IMG/VR virus record: IMGVR_UViG_3300031813_000005
Span: 32,001-96,000 of that record
Source: a virus
Lineage: Duplodnaviria > Caudoviricetes
Direction: 5' to 3' (one strand)
Length of the DNA stretch: 64,000 nucleotides
Under the pieces are notes generated by a model. That model ran no database searches and was not told the origin of the DNA. It saw only the letters and a program-made list of their open reading frames with translations. This document shows positions 48,892 to 55,866 of the stretch, in pieces (position 1 is the first letter of the stretch; the number at the start of each line of letters is the position of its first letter). The position numbers and the translations under genes are program-made.

Positions 48892-49411
48892 AAAAATTAG
48901 CCTGTATTTTAGAAGTAATTGTGGGAGCAAGAGCATCAGCTAATTGTGTTATATTTCCACCAAAAGGTTGTAATAAACTATCTATATTTGTTCCACGTTT
49001 CTTTTCTGCCTCTAACCAACCCTTAATATGAGCACATAACATATGAAACCAAGGTTTTAATTCTGGTTTATGTATTGTTTCTACCACATCACCTTTATTT
49101 TTAGCTACAAAATCTCCCAAACTCCAAGAACTGGATGGAATTCTTATATTCGGCAATTGTGTGGCTATATAATCAGTTAAAGCTGCTTTAATTTTATTTG
49201 CGGTTTCGATTGAATTTGTTTGTACAACATTATTGTTATTACCAAATCTACTATTAAATTTAGTAAAAAAGTCAGCGGGTTTACTTTCTATATTATGTTC
49301 TTTAGCTGTATTTGAAGGACCCCAATTAAAAGCACCTTCAAAAATAAAATCTTCTAAAGCTTCTGGCTTTACAAACTCAACTGGTGGTAAGGTTTTAGAC
49401 ATTTGTGCCAT
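48878..49411 (-). CDS. Hypothetical protein
   Basis: Coupled ORF with GAGG SD; FIFE/G site. Confidence 0.65.
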   Translation of the reverse strand: MAQMSKTLPPVEFVKPEALEDFIFEGAFNWGPSNTAKEHNIESKPADFFTKFNSRFGNNNNVVQTNSIETANKIKAALTDYIATQLPNIRIPSSSWSLGDFVAKNKGDVVETIHKPELKPWFHMLCAHIKGWLEAEKKRGTNIDSLLQPFGGNITQLADALAPTITSKIQANFYGPK

Positions 49412-49853
49412 CCTCTAATGGCATAGTAGGTTCTGCTTCTGGTAATGCTGGTTCAGAAGAAGGTTCTGCTTCTAAACCATGTTCTTCTCCGCTAACATCA
49501 TTATCAATATCTTCTAAATGATGTTGGCATAAATCTAAAGCACTTGTTGCGTCATCTAAAGCTTCAGATTTAGTTTTATCCTTGTCTTCTGGATACAAAG
49601 GCTTTAATTTATCAGTAATTTCTTCTTTAAGGTCAGAAATCTTTCTTAACAGCTCTGAAATAATGTCTCTTGGTTCTTTTGACGTTTCTAAAGACTCTTC
49701 TGCTGGTGTTTCACCTAATTCTTCTTTAGAAGGCTCAATACCTTCTATACCCTCTTCTGGTAAAAATACTTCATTAGTATCATTATCACCAAATAACGAA
49801 GCGTGGTCAAAATTTTCTAAAAATAGGAAATCTAATGGGCTATTTTTATCCAT
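49395..49853 (-). CDS. Acidic hypothetical protein (N-terminal SPLDF motif)
   Basis: Start reassigned to ATG 49853, 1 nt after the upstream stop. Confidence 0.65.
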   Translation of the reverse strand: MDKNSPLDFLFLENFDHASLFGDNDTNEVFLPEEGIEGIEPSKEELGETPAEESLETSKEPRDIISELLRKISDLKEEITDKLKPLYPEDKDKTKSEALDDATSALDLCQHHLEDIDNDVSGEEHGLEAEPSSEPALPEAEPTMPLEDGTNV

Positions 49854-49854
49854 G

Positions 49855-50271
49855 TTAATCACTCTGCTTTGCTGGTTTATCCCCACCTAATTCAGTTGGA
49901 ACAATCCTCTTTTTAGCGTCAAGCTTCAGTTTTAAAGCTATTTCGGTTAAATATGTTCTTACTTCTAAAGGATTGTTTGGATCGCAGGATTGCTTATCAA
50001 ACCAATCAATTACAGTTTGGTGCTCTTCTGGTGTTAAATGAGGTAAATCACCTTTAAACGTTTCAGGCTCTTCTATTACCTCAACAGTTTTTGTTTTAGG
50101 TACAGGAGGTAAATTAAGAGTTGTTCCTTCTGGTTTCTCGGCTTGTTGAGAAATCTCTGGCAACATCTTCTCTGGTACAGCTAAAATCGTTACTTCATTT
50201 TCAAAATCTAATGGAGAAGTCATTAACTCCTCGGCTTTACCAAACTCTTCGGTTAATGTTTTCCAGCCCAT
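49855..50271 (-). CDS. Acidic hypothetical protein (SPLDF motif)
   Basis: First gene of the operon; late motif 50303-50310; AAGGA SD. Confidence 0.65.
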   Translation of the reverse strand: MGWKTLTEEFGKAEELMTSPLDFENEVTILAVPEKMLPEISQQAEKPEGTTLNLPPVPKTKTVEVIEEPETFKGDLPHLTPEEHQTVIDWFDKQSCDPNNPLEVRTYLTEIALKLKLDAKKRIVPTELGGDKPAKQSD

Positions 50272-50308
50272 AATAAGTATTTCCTTTTAATATATCATCT
50301 ATATTTAA

Positions 50309-51103
50309 TTATATCACAAAGTCTTCGTTCAGATTTTTACAAAGCTGCTTTATAAATCTCTTCCACAAAAGTTCGTATTGCTTTAACCCAGGTATTTTAA
50401 TATAAAAGCAATCATAATAGTAATAAAAACAATCACTTACTTCAGATAACTCTTTAAGAGTTCCTGTATTACTTAATTTAATAAACACTATTTTTTTGTC
50501 TTTATAAATAGTTAATAATTGCCTCGCAGAATCTTTAGCATAACAAGAAATTTCTTCAAACTTACTGAAATATGGCAAGTCTTCATAATACTGATTTAAT
50601 GTGTTATATCTACTATCAAGTTTAAATAGGTGTTCTTTATTTTTAAATATACTTTCTCGTAATAAATCTTCTTCTAAATGAACCGATTTATATTGTTTTA
50701 TATACTGTATACAATGTAATAACTCATGAGTGTATATATCAGATAGCATTAAACAAAATAATCGTATGTCTTTCTTATAAATAGCTCGTAAGTTTTTATT
50801 AAAGTTGATTAAAAAGTTTAATTCTGGTTCATCGTCAAAAAGAAAATCTGTTCCTCCCGAATTTCCATTAGGAGCAAAAGTAAAAAACTCAAAATCTATA
50901 GATACTTTATTTATTAACTCATACCCAAAAATAGAAGATAGCTTATCAGCAGCAAGTTGTAATAATACTTGTTCTACCTCTTTTTTAAACTTTTTAAAAT
51001 TATTACTATATATCTTCTTATTGTTTAATAAATAACTATTAGCTGCTGAATAAAATATCCTAAACGATTCCCTATGCTCATAAGCAACTGATAATGTAGT
51101 CAT
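50309..51103 (-). CDS. HExxH zincin-like metallopeptidase domain protein
   Basis: THELLHCIQ plus distal EEISCYA; AATTAAAT-AT-ATG. Confidence 0.6.
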   Translation of the reverse strand: MTTLSVAYEHRESFRIFYSAANSYLLNNKKIYSNNFKKFKKEVEQVLLQLAADKLSSIFGYELINKVSIDFEFFTFAPNGNSGGTDFLFDDEPELNFLINFNKNLRAIYKKDIRLFCLMLSDIYTHELLHCIQYIKQYKSVHLEEDLLRESIFKNKEHLFKLDSRYNTLNQYYEDLPYFSKFEEISCYAKDSARQLLTIYKDKKIVFIKLSNTGTLKELSEVSDCFYYYYDCFYIKIPGLKQYELLWKRFIKQLCKNLNEDFVI

Positions 51104-51105
51104 AT

Positions 51106-51127
51106 ATTTAATTTCCCTAAATTAAGT
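51106..51127. promoter_or_regulatory. Back-to-back late motifs in a 28-nt divergent spacer
   Basis: ATTTAATT at 51106-51113 (minus) and AATTAAGT at 51120-51127 (plus). Confidence 0.7.
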
Positions 51128-51131
51128 TTAT

Positions 51132-51563
51132 ATGGCCAATCCAATAACTATTACACCAGCTACAATCGTTGCTAACAAAACAGCAAGTCCCAACTCATTT
51201 TTTTATTCCGGAATAAGCTTTCCACCAAGACGTTCTGGAACGCAAGGATTTTTTGCCACAGCAACAGACCAAGACTTAATATCAGAAAACATATACGTCT
51301 TATTAAATACAAGAAAAGGAGAGATGCCAATGTCTCCCGATTTTGGAACATCAATGGATGATAACTTATTTGATACAATAGATGTCTCTATGCAGGCTAT
51401 TTTATGTCAACAAATACAAAATGATTTACAAAAATGGGAACCAAGAGTTGTTGTAAATTCAGTATCTGCCTATTCTTCAGAAAACACAAGACTCTTTAAT
51501 GTTGAAATGACAGTGGTTTTAACTGGACAAAAATTCTCCACCCAAATTCCATTTAACACATAG
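51132..51563 (+). CDS. gp25: Baseplate wedge / sheath initiator
   Basis: LLNTRKGEMPMSPDFG and WEPRV motifs. Confidence 0.9.
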   Translation: MANPITITPATIVANKTASPNSFFYSGISFPPRRSGTQGFFATATDQDLISENIYVLLNTRKGEMPMSPDFGTSMDDNLFDTIDVSMQAILCQQIQNDLQKWEPRVVVNSVSAYSSENTRLFNVEMTVVLTGQKFSTQIPFNT

Positions 51564-51580
51564 AGCCAGAGCCTCGAACA

Positions 51581-51591
51581 TTCGATATACT
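51581..51591 (+). promoter_or_regulatory. CCGATATA-class motif variant upstream of gp47/gp46
   Basis: TTCGATATACT, then GAGGA SD and ATG 51606. Confidence 0.55.
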
Positions 51592-51605
51592 GTTTGAGGA
51601 TATTT

Positions 51606-52652
51606 ATGGCACGAATAGTTTTATGTACTGATTACCATTTGAGTTTTTCGAGTCAATTCGATAGATGTGGCATTAACGGTATTAGTGGGCGTTTACAAGA
51701 GATACTCGACTCTATTAAATGGGCCGCTGACCTTGGTAAACAAAAGAAATGCTCTCATTTTTTCGGCCTTGGTGATATTTTTGACAAAGCAGAGCGTTTA
51801 CCGACAAAAGAAGGTATAGAAATACAAAACACCTTCAAATACATTAACGGGCTTTATAAGGGCAAATGCGGCCTCTTAACGGGCAATCACGATAAGGTTT
51901 CGGATACCGTAAGCATTCTTGATTTATTTCAAGACTCTATTAAAATTTATAATAAAACAGATTTTATGGATATTGATGATGCCAGAATATATATGATTCC
52001 ATATATTCGTGAGCCAGAGGATTTTTATAAAGAAATAGAGCATATTAAAACAAATTTAGATTGTATAGGTAAAAAATATTTATTGGCTCATTTTTGGGAT
52101 AATTCAATTATGAATGTAGACCCAGAAGCCATAGATTTGACTAAATTTAATGTTAGGTTTTTTAATAGGATTTTTTGTGGTCATTATCATGTTCCAACTA
52201 ACGATTTAACTAATCTTGTTGTATATTTAGGAACACTCTTAAATAAAAGATTTAGTGAAACAGGCCCAAAAGGTTGTTGGATTTTAGATACAAATAAAGA
52301 TAAAATAGAATTTGTGAAAAACCCACACTCTCCAGAGTTCTTTTCTGTTGAAGATGTTATTATAATTAACAATCCAGAAATAATAGAAAGAAATGCCTAT
52401 TATAGAGTATATTGTAATGCTGACACAGTTATGGATATAAGTAGGCTCCTCAGTGCTTGTAAAGGATTTGAAATCTTACCAAAGAAAGAAGCTTCTTTGA
52501 GCCAAACTAATATCTCTATTGACACTGTTGACAAGAAAAATAATCAGACATTAAAAGAATATGTCTTAGCAAACTGTTCTATATTTTGCCCAAAAGACGT
52601 TGAAACCGAGGAGTTTAAGACAAGAGGCTCTGAACTACTCTCTGACCTATAA
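51606..52652 (+). CDS. gp47: Mre11/SbcD-like nuclease
   Basis: TDYH, GDIFD, GNHD, AH, GHYH metallophosphoesterase motifs. Confidence 0.92.
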   Translation: MARIVLCTDYHLSFSSQFDRCGINGISGRLQEILDSIKWAADLGKQKKCSHFFGLGDIFDKAERLPTKEGIEIQNTFKYINGLYKGKCGLLTGNHDKVSDTVSILDLFQDSIKIYNKTDFMDIDDARIYMIPYIREPEDFYKEIEHIKTNLDCIGKKYLLAHFWDNSIMNVDPEAIDLTKFNVRFFNRIFCGHYHVPTNDLTNLVVYLGTLLNKRFSETGPKGCWILDTNKDKIEFVKNPHSPEFFSVEDVIIINNPEIIERNAYYRVYCNADTVMDISRLLSACKGFEILPKKEASLSQTNISIDTVDKKNNQTLKEYVLANCSIFCPKDVETEEFKTRGSELLSDL

Positions 52653-52660
52653 GGATTACA

Positions 52661-54451
52661 ATGGGATATAAGTTAAAAAAATTAACACTTGAAAACTTTG
52701 TCGTGTTCGTAGATAGAACCGAAATAAACTTTTCCACTTCAGATATAAACCAAATAGATGCCGTTTTTAAAAACAATTCTACACAGTCAAACGGAGCTGG
52801 AAAATCTGTAATTATTTGCGCTATTTCTATGGCAATGTTTGGTAAAGGCTTGCGATTTAATTATTTATCCGATTATATTGCTCCAACTAATTTAAACGGC
52901 GGCATATATGTCGGCCTTGAATTAGAAGATGCTACTGGAAATATACTTAAAGTAGAGAGGTGGCGAAGACCTGGAAGCGATATAAATAAAGCTAAACTGT
53001 GGTTAAATGGAACCCATATAAGTAAAGACAGCACTGTATCAAAAGTAGATGAACTTATTAGTTCTTATGTTGGAGTATCCCATTCTAACTTTCTTTCTTG
53101 TGTATTTAGTGTAGAGCTTCGGGGATTTTTAAAATTAAGACCAGCAGAACGGTTTGAAATACTCGAAAATGCTTTAGCGGTCAAAAAAATGGATTCTATT
53201 ATAAAGAAACTTAATAGTAATTTAAGGCTATCTGAAGATAAATTGGCTGATCTAAATAATGTTTTGACTAAAAAACAACAAGTATTTGGACACGAACTTG
53301 CTAAACAAGAGATTTTTTCTGCTAATAGCGATTCTGTTTTAGCATCTATTAAAAAGCAAGAAGGTGAACTAACAAGATTTTATTCAGAAGAAAGCAAACT
53401 ACAAAAAAAGAAAGACGATTTAACTGAACTATTATCAGAAATTAAAGACAAATTAGATACTAAAACAGAATTATATCAAAATTGTCTACTTAAAATAAAA
53501 GCTTTTGATAACAACATAAATAAATTAAAATCAAAAGTCTCTACTGTAGCTATGGCATTAAAATCTAATACTTTAGGAGAATTAGAATGTTTAGTGTGCC
53601 AGTCTAAACTTGATATAGGTTCGGAACAATCTATTAAAAATCACTATGAGACAGAAATAAAACAAGTTCAAGATAATATAGCCCAACTACAGCCGCAAAA
53701 AAAATCATTAGAAGCCTCTCTTGAAAAACTAAAGAAAACAAAAGAAACTGTAGAAAAAAACATAAGCGGTATTAACGATGATTTGCGTATTTGTAATTCA
53801 TCTGCTATTGCTTGCGAGAAAATGATTAAAATGTCTAAAGATAATTTAGAGGCAAGTAAATCAGAAGTTAATGAAATTTTAATTAAAACCCTGGGTAAAG
53901 AAATAACTGAACTGGAAGAACAAAAAAACAACTTAATAAAAGACAGTAAAATCATTACTGGGTGGAAACAAGCCATGAGTAAAAATGGTTTAAGATTAGC
54001 CTATATACGAGAAGAGGTTAGTACATTATCCGCAATAGCAAGCAAGTTTGCCAGTTCAGTGTATGGAAAGCCAACTAAAGTAGAGTTTTCCATTAATGAA
54101 GAAAAAGACAACCCTCAACTTGTATTTACAGTAAACGGCAAATACGCGGAGGCTTTTAGCACCGGGGAAAAAAGATTACTTGAAATCGCTATGACACTTT
54201 CACTTCTAACGCTTCTTAAGACAGCAGGAATGAACCTTGATTTCTTAATCCTCGATGAAGCCACAGATGGATTATCAGTTGCCAGTAAAATTCAATTATT
54301 ATCTGTAATTAAAGAATTAGCAACAGACCAACAAGTTATTACTATTAGCCATGATGATTTAGTTAAATCAACACTAACAGGTAATGTTATTACAGTTATT
54401 AAAGATGAAGCTACCAGTAGAAGTATTATTGAGCAGGCCGTTCTTGTATAG
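52661..54451 (+). CDS. gp46: Rad50/SbcC-like ATPase
   Basis: SNGAGKS, coiled coil with CLVC hook, FSTGE signature, LILDE, ISH. Confidence 0.92.
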   Translation: MGYKLKKLTLENFVVFVDRTEINFSTSDINQIDAVFKNNSTQSNGAGKSVIICAISMAMFGKGLRFNYLSDYIAPTNLNGGIYVGLELEDATGNILKVERWRRPGSDINKAKLWLNGTHISKDSTVSKVDELISSYVGVSHSNFLSCVFSVELRGFLKLRPAERFEILENALAVKKMDSIIKKLNSNLRLSEDKLADLNNVLTKKQQVFGHELAKQEIFSANSDSVLASIKKQEGELTRFYSEESKLQKKKDDLTELLSEIKDKLDTKTELYQNCLLKIKAFDNNINKLKSKVSTVAMALKSNTLGELECLVCQSKLDIGSEQSIKNHYETEIKQVQDNIAQLQPQKKSLEASLEKLKKTKETVEKNISGINDDLRICNSSAIACEKMIKMSKDNLEASKSEVNEILIKTLGKEITELEEQKNNLIKDSKIITGWKQAMSKNGLRLAYIREEVSTLSAIASKFASSVYGKPTKVEFSINEEKDNPQLVFTVNGKYAEAFSTGEKRLLEIAMTLSLLTLLKTAGMNLDFLILDEATDGLSVASKIQLLSVIKELATDQQVITISHDDLVKSTLTGNVITVIKDEATSRSIIEQAVLV

Positions 54452-54851
54452 TTATTTTAATTATGGGATACTCTGACACAAACTTTTCTTGTGTTAGCTT
54501 CCATATTTGGCAATCATCAATGGCCTCGTCAAATTCACCCAAAACATCAAATACCGAATCTAATGTTGCCTTGGCAGTATTGTCTAAATCTTTACGCCTA
54601 ATAGTTTTACCGTCTTTTAAAAACCAAGTTGGCAAGCCGACCTCCATAAATACATTTAGGGGTTTTCCAACTAAAGACGATATATCTTTAGAGATATTGT
54701 CAGACATGATTTTATCTCTAATTATAGTTCTAACATTTGCTTTAAATGTTTTACCCTCATTACTTATAAAACGCCTTGCTTGGCCTGGAATATTTACATA
54801 AAGTTTGTTAATACTAATAGGCTCTATATCAAGCTCAAAACTTAAAATCAT
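54426..54851 (-). CDS. rusA: RusA-family Holliday junction resolvase
   Basis: P.SINKLY, KDLDNTAKATLD, IDDCQI motifs. Confidence 0.85.
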   Translation of the reverse strand: MILSFELDIEPISINKLYVNIPGQARRFISNEGKTFKANVRTIIRDKIMSDNISKDISSLVGKPLNVFMEVGLPTWFLKDGKTIRRKDLDNTAKATLDSVFDVLGEFDEAIDDCQIWKLTQEKFVSEYPIIKITIQERPAQ

Positions 54852-54859
54852 GGAGTATT

Positions 54860-55372
54860 ATGCTTAAGAAATTTATTAATTGGTTATACTTAATTGAGGA
54901 TGTCCCAGTAAAAATAAAGTGTGTCAAACTTGATGACAAAGCTATTTTACCCTCAAAAGCTCATACAGGACTATTTGAAGACGCTGCTTATGATTTGTTT
55001 TCAACAGAAGACGTACTTTTACAACCAAACGAACGTAAAATGATAGATACTAAATTAGCATTTATTATACCAGACACTTATTGGATTAAATTAAGAGAAC
55101 GGTCTGGTCTTGCCAATAAAGGGACACATCTTCTTGGCGGTGTAATAGACTGTGGATATACTGGGGCAGTAAAAGTTATACTTTATAATTCAAGTAAAGA
55201 CCCGCTACTACTTCCTGCGGACAAGGCTATTTGTCAATTTACAGTAGAAAAACTAACAAAATCGCATATTGAAGAATTAAACTTTTCTACGTTCTCTATA
55301 GAAGCTGCAAAAAGAGAACGCGGAAGCAAAGGATTCGGTAGCTCCGATGTTAAGAAAACACCAAATAAATAA
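54860..55372 (+). CDS. dut: Trimeric dUTPase
   Basis: AAYDL, RSGLA, GVID..YTG, ICQ, RGSKGFGSS motifs. Confidence 0.95.
   Translation: MLKKFINWLYLIEDVPVKIKCVKLDDKAILPSKAHTGLFEDAAYDLFSTEDVLLQPNERKMIDTKLAFIIPDTYWIKLRERSGLANKGTHLLGGVIDCGYTGAVKVILYNSSKDPLLLPADKAICQFTVEKLTKSHIEELNFSTFSIEAAKRERGSKGFGSSDVKKTPNK
54888..54895 (-). promoter_or_regulatory. Late motif for rusA, antisense inside dut
   Basis: AATTAAGT-AT-A, 36 nt upstream of the rusA ATG. Confidence 0.5.
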
Positions 55373-55865
55373 TTTACCTAATATAACTCTTTCTGACATT
55401 AGTAGTGATGTAGTAAAACTATTAGAAGAAAATAAAATAGTATTTAAATCTATGCCAGAGGCTCCATTTTGGTTAAGAACATTTTCAAAATCATATAATG
55501 AACTTTACATAGCGTATAAAAATACTTTATATGTTAATCCTGGACATGTAGCATTAGCTACCTCAAAAATAGAACAAGATAGAATTATAGCTACAAGTAA
55601 ACTTCTGCCTTGGGTATATGCTATTAAAAATGGAAGTGTGTCTTCTCTTTTTAAACTTCTACAAACAATATTTAATATACAAATAAGAAGTTATTATTTC
55701 TTATTTGAGTTTTCTTTATTAAAATCACACGAATTACAAGAAATACCAGAGCTTATAGCAATGGGATTTTTATCAAGTAGAAAAAATATGTTTGGATTTA
55801 AAAGAAATCCAGATGAGGTAATACTGGTTTTAAAGGAGCTATTAGCTACTAAAATCAATAAATAG
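55347..55865 (+). CDS. Hypothetical protein
   Basis: ORF overlapping the end of dut. Confidence 0.6.
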   Translation: MLRKHQINNLPNITLSDISSDVVKLLEENKIVFKSMPEAPFWLRTFSKSYNELYIAYKNTLYVNPGHVALATSKIEQDRIIATSKLLPWVYAIKNGSVSSLFKLLQTIFNIQIRSYYFLFEFSLLKSHELQEIPELIAMGFLSSRKNMFGFKRNPDEVILVLKELLATKINK

Positions 55866-55866
55866 A

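Noticed and set aside
51607-51622. TGGCACG at the gp47 start as a second sigma54 site
   Set aside because: It lacks TTGC at -12 and lies in coding sequence; a near-match inside uvsX (TTGA) was rejected likewise.
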